This document shows, piece after piece, positions 18,782 through 27,774 of a DNA stretch of 58,905 nucleotides. The notes beneath the pieces are model-generated. The model was not told where the DNA came from. It saw nothing but the letters and a program-made list of their open reading frames with translations, and did not search any database. The first letter of the stretch is position 1, and each line of letters opens with the position of its first letter. The position numbers were made by a program, and so were the translations under genes. Source of the stretch: Phycisphaerae bacterium (GTDB lineage: Bacteria; Planctomycetota; Phycisphaerae; Sedimentisphaerales; UBA12454); the NCBI GenBank assembly GCA_026386845.1, contig JAPLMW010000028.1:68729-127633 (forward strand), read 5' to 3'.

Positions 18782-21202
18782 CTATTGAAATTTCTCATAC
18801 GGCCACATTTCAAGGCCGCCGTCGAGAACCTTTACATCCTTAAAGCCCTCGTGTTTTAATATAATCGCAGCCTCATAAGCCCTGAGCGAATAATTACAAA
18901 ACGCCACAATAGGTTTATTCCTGTCAAGCTCAACAAAACGGGAACGCAGCGAAGCAAGAGGAATGAAAACCGCACCGTTCATCCTTTCGTGCTGATACTC
19001 CGACGGTGTTCTTACGTCCAGCAAAGTAAAATCCTTCTTTTCCTGTAACATCTGCCAGACTTCTTTCGGATTGATGCCGTCCATCAGGCCGTCGAGTTTG
19101 TTGCGGGCTACATTTGCGGCTGTGATAATATTGTCAATCACCGGCGAATACGGCGGAGCATAACACAAATCAAGGTTCGCAATCTGCTCAACCGTCATCT
19201 TCGCCGCAATCGCAGTCGCGGCAACATCAATTCGCTTATCGCCATTGCCGGCGCCTATGGCCTGTGCGCCGAGAAGCCTGCGGGTCTCTTTATCAACAAC
19301 AAGTTTTAACATCACAACCTCTGCACCGGGTACAAAATGCTCTCTGTCCGGCGCGGGAACAAGAACTGAAACAACATTGAAACCAGCCTGTTTGGCCGTA
19401 AATTCCGTAAGACCTGTAACGGCAACGTTATAATCAAAGACCTTACAGGCCACGGTGCCGAGGATCGGGGCAAACGTATCGTTTCCGCCGCAGATATTTA
19501 CCGCGGCCACTCTGCCCTGCTTATTAGCGGTTGAGCCGAGAGGCACATAACAGGGTTTTTGCGTAATCATATCTGTATTCTCGACGCAATCACCGGCAGC
19601 ATAAATGTCCGGGTCTGATGTCTGCATTTTAGGATTGATTTTGATACCGCCGGTTGTGCCGATTTGGAGGCCGGCCTGCTCTGCCAATGCGACATTGGGC
19701 CTGTGGCCGACCGCGATTATCACGAGATCAGCAGGATATGTGCCTCTGCCGGTTACGACTGATTCGACAGTGCCATTACCCTGAAACTTTTTCACCTCAG
19801 TCTCAATAAGAACTCGCACACCGTGCGATTCAAGCTGATTTTCGACGAGCATCGCCAATTCGCTATCGAGAAGGCGGAAAATCTGCGGAAGTTTTTCGAC
19901 AATTGTCACCCTGCAGCCTTTTTTAACAAGGGCTTCGGTCATTTCAATTCCTACAAGGCCGCCGCCGACAATAACAACATCACGAGCCTTGCCCCTGTCG
20001 AGGGCAGATTTTATACCTTCGGCATCGGTTACACCGTGAAGGGTAAAAATGTTGCCAAGCTTGATTCCTTCTATATCAGGCATAACAGCCACTGAACCGG
20101 TTGCGAGAACAAGTTTATCGTAATCGAGCAGCGATTCTACCCCATCGAGCAGATATTTTACGCGGACATATTTCTTTTTGCGGTCAATCTCAATCGCCTC
20201 GGTCTGATTCATAAGGTGAACATTCTTGACCTGCTGGAAGAATATCGGGTCGCGCACAACACCGGCAGGCGAACTCATCAGCTCGCTCTGGTCTTTGACA
20301 GTGCCGCCGATATAATACGGCAGACCGCAGCCCGCATAAGAGAGCAGCCTGCCCTTCTCGACAATAGTTACATCGGCATCGGGGTCAAGCCGCATAATTT
20401 TAGCGGCAACCTTAGGCCCCGCCGCTACTCCGCCAATTATTACTATTTTCATTGGCTTTTTCATTTTTTTATCTCCTGATATCTGCTGGGCTGCTGGTTG
20501 GGGGGCAGCCTTGAGATTTACTATAAGTTCAGCACCTCCGAGGTGCGATTTTTCGATATGGACGTTTCCGCCTACGGCGTCAACCATCGCCTTTACAAAG
20601 GCAAGGCCCAGACCGATGCCGGGCCGTGATGAGGCGTGTGCGCCGGATGTTCTGTAAAAGGGCTGAAAAACATTCCGGCGGTTTTCCTCAGAAATTCCAA
20701 TGCCCGAATCAGCGATTCTTATCTGATATGAATGAATTGAACGGTCATATAAAAGAATCATTTCAATCCTGCCGTTGTCAGGCGTGTATTTAACAGCATT
20801 CGACAGCAGTGCCTCAAGAACCTCCGTTATTGCTGCTTCAGTTCCAAATGCCCAGGCAGGTTCAGCGTCAATTTTCGCTGTAAGCGTGATATTATGCGGG
20901 CGGGCATGCTGTATCCAGGCGGCTGAGGTTTTGCGAACAAGCAGGGAAAGCTCGACCGTACCGCTGAATGCCCTGGGGTCGCTGACGGCCTTAGAGATTA
21001 TAAGAAGTCTCTGCGCGGCCTTGAGCGACTCATCACAACGCTCAATCGCCCTTTGCAGAAGGTCTTTCTGGCGAGGCGTAAGCGGGCCGGCAAATTCGCC
21101 GAGGAGCGTCTGCAAAATCGTGCCAACGGTAGAAACCGGTCCTCTGAGCTGATGAGCTACCAGCGACGCGAATTTCAGAGGGTCGGTTATAAGGTCTTTC
21201 AT
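18782..21202 (-). CDS. Fusion: histidine kinase (HisKA+HATPase) - CoA-disulfide reductase-type flavoprotein - rhodanese
   Basis: H-box VAHQLRGP, N-box LLSNAVKYT, G1 DSGIGI, F-box FQPFYR, G2 GIGLGLA; then GGVAAG, SYAGCGLPY, GGGLVG, YAPPYS; then LLDVRT...AFCNYSLRA. Start 21202 chosen because ATG 21214 overlaps the -10 box. Confidence 0.88.
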   Translation of the reverse strand: MKDLITDPLKFASLVAHQLRGPVSTVGTILQTLLGEFAGPLTPRQKDLLQRAIERCDESLKAAQRLLIISKAVSDPRAFSGTVELSLLVRKTSAAWIQHARPHNITLTAKIDAEPAWAFGTEAAITEVLEALLSNAVKYTPDNGRIEMILLYDRSIHSYQIRIADSGIGISEENRRNVFQPFYRTSGAHASSRPGIGLGLAFVKAMVDAVGGNVHIEKSHLGGAELIVNLKAAPQPAAQQISGDKKMKKPMKIVIIGGVAAGPKVAAKIMRLDPDADVTIVEKGRLLSYAGCGLPYYIGGTVKDQSELMSSPAGVVRDPIFFQQVKNVHLMNQTEAIEIDRKKKYVRVKYLLDGVESLLDYDKLVLATGSVAVMPDIEGIKLGNIFTLHGVTDAEGIKSALDRGKARDVVIVGGGLVGIEMTEALVKKGCRVTIVEKLPQIFRLLDSELAMLVENQLESHGVRVLIETEVKKFQGNGTVESVVTGRGTYPADLVIIAVGHRPNVALAEQAGLQIGTTGGIKINPKMQTSDPDIYAAGDCVENTDMITQKPCYVPLGSTANKQGRVAAVNICGGNDTFAPILGTVACKVFDYNVAVTGLTEFTAKQAGFNVVSVLVPAPDREHFVPGAEVVMLKLVVDKETRRLLGAQAIGAGNGDKRIDVAATAIAAKMTVEQIANLDLCYAPPYSPVIDNIITAANVARNKLDGLMDGINPKEVWQMLQEKKDFTLLDVRTPSEYQHERMNGAVFIPLASLRSRFVELDRNKPIVAFCNYSLRAYEAAIILKHEGFKDVKVLDGGLEMWPYEKFQ

Positions 21203-21212
21203 ACAAATTAAC

Positions 21213-21241
21213 ATTATACTTTATGTTAAAAACATTGGCAA
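21213..21241 (-). promoter_or_regulatory. sigma70-type promoter of the kinase-reductase fusion
   Basis: TTGCCA-N17-TATAAT on the minus strand; ATG 10 nt after the -10 box. Confidence 0.65.
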
Positions 21242-21251
21242 TAATTGAAAT

Positions 21252-21280
21252 TTGTCAGATTATTTAATTTATGCTATACT
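21252..21280 (+). promoter_or_regulatory. sigma70-type promoter (extended -10) of the GH20-anmK-murQ operon
   Basis: TTGTCA-N17-TATACT preceded by TGn; ATG 21288 lies 7 nt after the -10 box. Confidence 0.65.
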
Positions 21281-21287
21281 AATTTGT

Positions 21288-23015
21288 ATGACTGTCAGGG
21301 ATGAAAAATTATTTGAAAAATTGCTGATACCGATAAGGAAAGTTACCTTTCAAAAGGGTTTTTTCCAGACCGGCAAGACATTCAAGCCGAAAACATATCA
21401 CGATAAAACAGTCAAAAACGGCGAAGGATACAAAATCAGGATTACGCCAAGAGGAATTGAAGTTTTCGCCGCGACAGACGCCGGAGTATATTATGCCATA
21501 CAGACATTAAAAGACCTTGCGAAGATTTACGGAAACAGGCTGCCTGCATGCGTAATAGAGGACGAGCCGGACTTTAAAAGACGAGGCGTTTACCTTGACT
21601 GTTCCAGAGGAAAAGTGCCGAAACTTAAGACGCTTAAGGATTTAGTTATACGACTTGCACACTGGAAAATAAACGAATTGCAGTTATATATCGAAAATGT
21701 CTTTGCCTTCAAAAAACATCCCCAAATCGGCAAAGGTTACAGTCCATTTACGCCGGATGAGATTCTCGAACTTCAGGATTATTGCCGGATGCACCACATA
21801 AAACTGGTTGGTTCACTGGCGAGTTTCGGTCATTTTGAAAAAATCCTCGCTCTGCCGAAATATCGCCATCTCGGCGAGATGCCCGGTTTCAGGGGTTTTC
21901 CCGGAGGCACAACGCTCTGCCCTGCCGATGCCGGCTCGATTAAACTTGTCAGCGAACTTTACAGCGAATTTATACCGCTGTTTGAGGCAAAGGATTTTAA
22001 TGTCTGCTGCGATGAAACGTGGGAATTAGGTAAAGGCCGAAGCAAAAAATTGGCAGACCGTATCGGAACAGGTCGGGTTTATCTGGAGTTCCTTTTAAAA
22101 ATTTATCGCCTGTGTCAAAAATATGGAAAACGAATGAATGTTTGGGCAGATATTGTCCTCAAATATCCCGAATTGATGAGCAAATTGCCAAAAGATATAG
22201 TCCTGCTTAACTGGGAATATGAACAGGACGGTAAAAACATTTATAAAACCAAAGACATAGCTAAAGCAAAAATTCCTTTTATGGTCTGCCCCGGCACAAG
22301 CGGCTGGCTGACTCACGGTTCCCGGCTGCCTAATTCAATAACGAATGTAACTAATTTTGCTGCGCAAGGTCGTAAATTTGGCGCCGAAGGCCTGCTCAAT
22401 ACCGACTGGGGTGATAACGGCCATCGCAATTTTCTGGGAGCAAGCCTTCATAGTTTTGCACATGGAGCGGCACATAGCTGGAACGGCAAAGCGGTTGATA
22501 ATGCTAAATTTACCGACAATTTCTGCACGCATTTTTTCGGCGAACATACGGGCCGATTGGCCAATGCAATTCGTTTACTGGGCAGCACTTACATTACCTG
22601 TGGAACAAACGTTCCGAACAAAAGCTGGCTGTATTTCGCACTCATTGAGCCCATAAAAAACAATCAACCTGATAATCCGATTGATTTGATGAAAGAAAAA
22701 GGCCTGCGAAAAATAATCGAGCAACTTTCAGATGAATCTATCTGGCCGAAATTGCCGAAATCGGCTGAAAATTTCGAAAAAATCTCTTTTGACGAATTGA
22801 AACTTGCCGCGAAAATGGATTGTCTCTCCGCAAGGCGGGCACTTGCGGTAAAAATCCTGCGGGCCGGCAAAAAAGTAAATAAGAAGGAATTACAGTTCAT
22901 AAATAAACAGATGAAGAATATAGCAAAAGACTTTAAGAAATTGTGGCTGATACGAAATAAAGTCTCACGTTTGCAAGATAACTTACGATTATTCAAACAG
23001 GCAGGAATAAAATAA
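21288..23015 (+). CDS. Glycoside hydrolase family 20 (beta-N-acetylhexosaminidase-like), no obvious signal peptide
   Basis: EGYKIRITP..IEV, IEDEPDFKRRGVYLD.SR, KINELQLY.E, catalytic DE in NVCCDETWE, TDWGDNGH. Confidence 0.82.
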   Translation: MTVRDEKLFEKLLIPIRKVTFQKGFFQTGKTFKPKTYHDKTVKNGEGYKIRITPRGIEVFAATDAGVYYAIQTLKDLAKIYGNRLPACVIEDEPDFKRRGVYLDCSRGKVPKLKTLKDLVIRLAHWKINELQLYIENVFAFKKHPQIGKGYSPFTPDEILELQDYCRMHHIKLVGSLASFGHFEKILALPKYRHLGEMPGFRGFPGGTTLCPADAGSIKLVSELYSEFIPLFEAKDFNVCCDETWELGKGRSKKLADRIGTGRVYLEFLLKIYRLCQKYGKRMNVWADIVLKYPELMSKLPKDIVLLNWEYEQDGKNIYKTKDIAKAKIPFMVCPGTSGWLTHGSRLPNSITNVTNFAAQGRKFGAEGLLNTDWGDNGHRNFLGASLHSFAHGAAHSWNGKAVDNAKFTDNFCTHFFGEHTGRLANAIRLLGSTYITCGTNVPNKSWLYFALIEPIKNNQPDNPIDLMKEKGLRKIIEQLSDESIWPKLPKSAENFEKISFDELKLAAKMDCLSARRALAVKILRAGKKVNKKELQFINKQMKNIAKDFKKLWLIRNKVSRLQDNLRLFKQAGIK

Positions 23016-24124
23016 TGCGTATAGTCGGTTTAATGTCAGGCACAAGTGCTGACGGCGTTGATGCCGCTGTTGTTGACATCAATAAAAACAAAGTTAAACT
23101 GCTGGCTTTTGACACATTCGAATACTCACCGCAATTAAGAAAAAATATTCTTGATATTGCCGAACAAAAAACCTGCAGGGCCGCGGATATCAGCCGACTG
23201 AATTTCGCTATCGGAGAAGTTTTTGCTGATGCAGTTATCAAATTATGCAGAAAAAATAAAATCAATCTGAAAACTATTGATTTGATAGGTTCGCACGGCC
23301 AAACGATTTATCATAATCCAAAAGGTAAAATCCGCTCAACGCTCCAGATTGGCGAACCATCCGTAATTGCTTATAAAACCGGGAAAACCTGCGTAGCGGA
23401 TTTCAGGCCAAAAGATATGGCGGCAGGCGGACAAGGCGCTCCCCTGGTGCCATTCGCGGATTACTGGCTGTTCAAACATAAAAGAAAAAACCGGGCCGTT
23501 CAGAATATCGGTGGAATCGCCAATGTAACCTATCTTCCTGCGGGGACAGGACTTAAAAAAACAATCGCCTTCGATACAGGGCCGGGAAATATGATTATCG
23601 ACCGAATCGCAACTATTTTCAGCAAAGGAAAATTACATTACGATAAAGACGGTAAAATCGCCGCGAAAGGCAAGGTAAATAAAAAACTGCTCGATGAAAT
23701 GATGAGGCATCCGTTTCTGCGGAAATTACCGCCTAAATCGACCGGCAGAGAAGAATTCGGAGCGGCTTATACCGGAAAATTTATTAAACGGTCGATATCG
23801 TTTGAGGATATGCTCGCTACCGCCACCGCTTTTACAGCCGATAGTATCGTAGATGCGTATAAAAAATTCCTGCCTTCCATGCCGGACGAAATAATACTCT
23901 GCGGCGGCGGCGCGAAAAATAAAACGTTAGTTAAAATGCTGCGGCAGAATATAAAAAGCAAAATACTTTTGACCGATGATTTCGGCATAAACAGCGATGC
24001 CAAAGAAGCCGTCTCTTTTGCCATCTTGGCTTATGCAGCAATAAAGGGCATCGCAAATAACGTCCCCGGCGCTACAGGGGCAAAAAAATCATTAGTTTTA
24101 GGGAAAGTAATACCGGCACAATGA
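23015..24124 (+). CDS. anmK: Anhydro-N-acetylmuramic acid kinase
   Basis: GLMSGTSADGVD, GSHGQT, DFR..DMAAGGQGAPLVP, NIGGIAN, FDTGPGN, PKSTGRE. Confidence 0.96.
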   Translation: MRIVGLMSGTSADGVDAAVVDINKNKVKLLAFDTFEYSPQLRKNILDIAEQKTCRAADISRLNFAIGEVFADAVIKLCRKNKINLKTIDLIGSHGQTIYHNPKGKIRSTLQIGEPSVIAYKTGKTCVADFRPKDMAAGGQGAPLVPFADYWLFKHKRKNRAVQNIGGIANVTYLPAGTGLKKTIAFDTGPGNMIIDRIATIFSKGKLHYDKDGKIAAKGKVNKKLLDEMMRHPFLRKLPPKSTGREEFGAAYTGKFIKRSISFEDMLATATAFTADSIVDAYKKFLPSMPDEIILCGGGAKNKTLVKMLRQNIKSKILLTDDFGINSDAKEAVSFAILAYAAIKGIANNVPGATGAKKSLVLGKVIPAQ

Positions 24125-25029
24125 AAACACATAAATTACTTCCAACCACAGAAAAGCGTAATCGCAGAAGCAGGAACATCGACCGGTTGTCAACTATGCA
24201 AATAGTTAAGTTAATCAACGCAGAAGACAGATTAGTCGCACCGGCAGTCGGCAAAGAGTATAAAAAAATTGCCGCGGCGGTCGATATGATAGTCGAGCGT
24301 TTTAAGAAAAACGGCAGGCTCTTTTACGTCGGGGCCGGCACAAGCGGCAGGCTCGGCGTTTTAGACGCCTCGGAATGTCCGCCGACATTCGGCGTAAGCC
24401 CCCTGCTGGTGCGGGGCATTATCGCTGGCGGCAAACGGGCATTGGTAAGGGCTGTTGAAGGAGCTGAAGATAAGGTAAATGACGGCGTTGCCGCTATAAA
24501 CAGATACAAAATTTCCGCAAAAGATGTTGTCGTCGGCATCGCAGCTTGCGGACTTACGCCCTTTGTGAGGGTCGCACTGAAAGAAGCAATGAAAAAAGGG
24601 GCTGGCACAATTTTTATCACCTGTGCGCCGGAGGCAATCAAAGATATCCCGGCCCAAATAATTATAAATCCTGTCGTCGGGCCGGAGGTAATCACCGGCT
24701 CAACAAGAATGAAGGCAGGCACCGCGACAAAACTTGTACTTAATACTCTTACGACTACGGCTATGATAAAGATGGGTAAAGTTTATGGCAATCTGATGGT
24801 TGACCTGATGGCGACAAATAATAAATTACGAGACAGGTCTGTTCGAATTGTTTCAGAAATGACCGGTTTATCTAAATCAAAAACTGCCAGTCTCCTCAAA
24901 AAAGCAAAAGGAAAAGTTAAGACTGCTATTGTGATGCACTTTCGCGGTATTGATTTTCAGCAGGCTGAAAATATCCTCAACAAAAATGAACAATCTTTGA
25001 GGAAAGCAATAGGAAGACAATGGTTTTGA
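24121..25029 (+). CDS. murQ: N-acetylmuramic acid 6-phosphate etherase
   Basis: TEKRN, GAGTSGRLGVLDASECPPTFG, GPEVITGSTRMKAGTA. Confidence 0.96.
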   Translation: MKTHKLLPTTEKRNRRSRNIDRLSTMQIVKLINAEDRLVAPAVGKEYKKIAAAVDMIVERFKKNGRLFYVGAGTSGRLGVLDASECPPTFGVSPLLVRGIIAGGKRALVRAVEGAEDKVNDGVAAINRYKISAKDVVVGIAACGLTPFVRVALKEAMKKGAGTIFITCAPEAIKDIPAQIIINPVVGPEVITGSTRMKAGTATKLVLNTLTTTAMIKMGKVYGNLMVDLMATNNKLRDRSVRIVSEMTGLSKSKTASLLKKAKGKVKTAIVMHFRGIDFQQAENILNKNEQSLRKAIGRQWF

Positions 25030-26453
25030 GCGGAATTGATTTAACAATAGTTTTATCGGCGGTTTTTCTGCTTTTTGTAATTTCCTATATTTTTGGCCGC
25101 AGGGAAAAAAACACAAATGATTTCTTCCTCGGTGAAAGAAAAATCCCTTCCATTGTGGCCTGTCTGTCTTTTGTCGCTACTGAAGTCAGCGCACTGACAA
25201 TTGTAGGAGTACCTGCAACCGCTTACAGCGAAAACTGGGAGTATCTGCAATTTTTCATTGGCTCGGCGGCAGCGCGAATAATGGTAGCATTCTTATTTAT
25301 TCCTGTTTTTTACAAATATAATTGTACAAGTATTTATGAGTTTTTAAGGCATCGTTTCGGACCCCAAACTCAATACGCCGGCTCGATTTTCTTCTTTGTT
25401 ACACGTCTAACAGCTTCAGGCGTAAGGCTTTATGCAGCCTGTATGGGAATCGGGATTATTTTAGGGTGGAGCCTGGGACAATCGCTGCTTATTTTCACTA
25501 TTGTAAGCATCATTTTTATCGCATTTGGCGGAATAAAAGCAGTTGTCTGGGCCGGAGCATACCAGACTATCATTTTTTTCTCCGCAGGTATCGCATTATT
25601 AATATATCTTTATTTACATATTGAAGGCGGTCTATCATCTGCATGGCAGATAGCAGATAATGCAGGACGATTGAGTATTTTTAAATTCGATTTTAACCTC
25701 AACGACCCCACAACTTTCTGGGCAGGTACTGCCAACGCTTTTTTTATCGGTTTGGCGGTTTTTGGCACAGACCAGGAACTAATGCAGCGATTGCTCACCG
25801 TTAAAACAAGAAAGAAAAGTCAAAACGCGATTTTCCTGACAATAGCAACAGCGTTTCCAATACTCTGCATATATCTTGCAATCGGCACTTTGCTTTACGT
25901 GTTCTTCCAGCAAAATCCTCAGGCAATCCAGCCGGCAAAGACCAAAGAGGTTATTTCGTATTTTACGGCAAATTTTTTGCCGGCAGGGTTGAAAGGACTA
26001 ATCCTTTCAGCGATTATATTAGCCAGTATAGATTCGCCGCTAAGCTCGCTGTCGTCTTCATTCGTGATGGATATCTATCGCCCTCTTATCAGGAAAAACG
26101 CGACTGAAAAACACTATTTATTTATCTCGCGGACTGGAGTAATTGGTTTTGGTTTAATTTTAGCGATTATTGCGATAACTTGTCAGCCGGTCGAAAATAT
26201 TCTGTGGTTTGCATTCGAGATAATTTCTCTTACCGGCGGAGCTACGCTGGGCATTTTTCTGCTCGGCGTTCTTACAAAAAGGAAAGCAAATATCGGCAAT
26301 GTCGTAGCGATGATTATCAGTACCCTATCTATGATTGCACTGCTACTTCTTTCCCATAAAGGAGTTATAAATCTGGCGTGGAGCTGGCTGATTGTCTTAG
26401 GAACGGCGATGACTTTTGCCCTGAGTTATCTTTTCAGTATTTATCGCAAATAA
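25020..26453 (+). CDS. Sodium:solute symporter (SSS family)
   Basis: Polytopic membrane protein; DFFLG.R, ATEVSALT..G.P, SIYEFL..RFG, GGIKAVVW, DQELMQR. Confidence 0.9.
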   Translation: MVLSGIDLTIVLSAVFLLFVISYIFGRREKNTNDFFLGERKIPSIVACLSFVATEVSALTIVGVPATAYSENWEYLQFFIGSAAARIMVAFLFIPVFYKYNCTSIYEFLRHRFGPQTQYAGSIFFFVTRLTASGVRLYAACMGIGIILGWSLGQSLLIFTIVSIIFIAFGGIKAVVWAGAYQTIIFFSAGIALLIYLYLHIEGGLSSAWQIADNAGRLSIFKFDFNLNDPTTFWAGTANAFFIGLAVFGTDQELMQRLLTVKTRKKSQNAIFLTIATAFPILCIYLAIGTLLYVFFQQNPQAIQPAKTKEVISYFTANFLPAGLKGLILSAIILASIDSPLSSLSSSFVMDIYRPLIRKNATEKHYLFISRTGVIGFGLILAIIAITCQPVENILWFAFEIISLTGGATLGIFLLGVLTKRKANIGNVVAMIISTLSMIALLLLSHKGVINLAWSWLIVLGTAMTFALSYLFSIYRK

Positions 26454-26465
26454 TAAATATAAATC

Positions 26466-27707
26466 TTACCTTCGTCGCCAGCGTGAATGACGCCGTTTTT
26501 GGCCGGGAACAGAAAATTTATGTGTGTGCGGCTTTGAATGAGATTTATCTGCGGATTGACTCTGATACAAATCCGCCACGTAAGCAAAGTCGGGACATTT
26601 TTCCCGTTTAAAGCTTCGGCCAATAAATTTTTCAATCTGACGAAGATATTTCTCCTCATCGCGCGAAACAAGCGTAATCGCGTCACCTGTGGCTGTGGCC
26701 CGGCCGGTACGACCGATGCGATGAATATAGTCCTCCGCAATTACAGGCACATCAAAGTTTATGACATGTGAAATTCCTTCAACATCTATGCCGCGCGCAG
26801 CAATGTCGGTTGCAACCATAACCTGGAATTTATTGTCTTTGAAGCCCTCCATTGCCCGCTGGCGCTGGCCCTGAGTTCGGCCGGAGTGTATCGCGATCGA
26901 TTTAATGCCCGCCCGCTGGAGCCGATAACTAATCCTGTCGGCACCGTGCTTTGTGCGGGAAAAAACAAGGACGCTGTACATCCCTCCTTTTTGGAGCATA
27001 TGCAGTAGGATATCTATTTTCTGTTCCTTTTGGACAGGATAGATATGCTGCGTAATAGTCTCGATTGGGTTATGCTCCCGGCCAACCTGAATTATTTTTG
27101 GATGATTCATTACCCCTGCAGCCAGAGCCTTCACTTCGGGCGGTATAGTAGCGGAAAAAAGCATTGTTTGACGTTTTGTAGATACAACTGCGATAATTTT
27201 TCGCACATCGTTGATAAATCCCATATCGAACATACGGTCGGCTTCGTCGATAACAAGCACTTCGATGTGCCTCAGGTCGATAGTTCGCCGCTGCATATGG
27301 TCGATAAGACGGCCCGGCGTAGCGACAATGATGTCAACGCCGCGGCGAAGTGCGGCAAACTGGCCTTGAATATTCACGCCGCCGTAAACGGCAAGAGTGT
27401 GCATATGCAGGAATCGGCCGTAGCCGATGATACACTGTTCAATTTGCACCGCAAGTTCGCGAGTCGGGGTAAGAATCAGCGCTTTTATACATTTGTTTTT
27501 GGCCGCGTGCTCGTGGCTGAGCCGGTTTAAAATAGGCAGCACGAAAGCGGCAGTTTTGCCTGTGCCGGTCTGGGCGCAGCCGATAATATCTTTGCCTTCA
27601 ATCGCGGCTGGAATTACCTGAGACTGAATTTCTGTAGGAGCTGTGTAGCCGGTAGCAAGAATACCCCGTACCAGCGGATCGGAAAGGCCTAATAATTTAA
27701 ATGGCAT
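26466..27707 (-). CDS. rhlE: DEAD-box RNA helicase, RhlE-like
   Basis: AQTGTGKT, PTRELA, TPGRL, DEAD, SAT, ARGID, HRIGRTGRA. Confidence 0.9.
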   Translation of the reverse strand: MPFKLLGLSDPLVRGILATGYTAPTEIQSQVIPAAIEGKDIIGCAQTGTGKTAAFVLPILNRLSHEHAAKNKCIKALILTPTRELAVQIEQCIIGYGRFLHMHTLAVYGGVNIQGQFAALRRGVDIIVATPGRLIDHMQRRTIDLRHIEVLVIDEADRMFDMGFINDVRKIIAVVSTKRQTMLFSATIPPEVKALAAGVMNHPKIIQVGREHNPIETITQHIYPVQKEQKIDILLHMLQKGGMYSVLVFSRTKHGADRISYRLQRAGIKSIAIHSGRTQGQRQRAMEGFKDNKFQVMVATDIAARGIDVEGISHVINFDVPVIAEDYIHRIGRTGRATATGDAITLVSRDEEKYLRQIEKFIGRSFKREKCPDFAYVADLYQSQSADKSHSKPHTHKFSVPGQKRRHSRWRRR

Positions 27708-27774
27708 AAGAAAATCCTAAAATCAAAATAGCGGGAATTTCACCCGGAAAGTTAAATAAAGCTAACGTACACTG

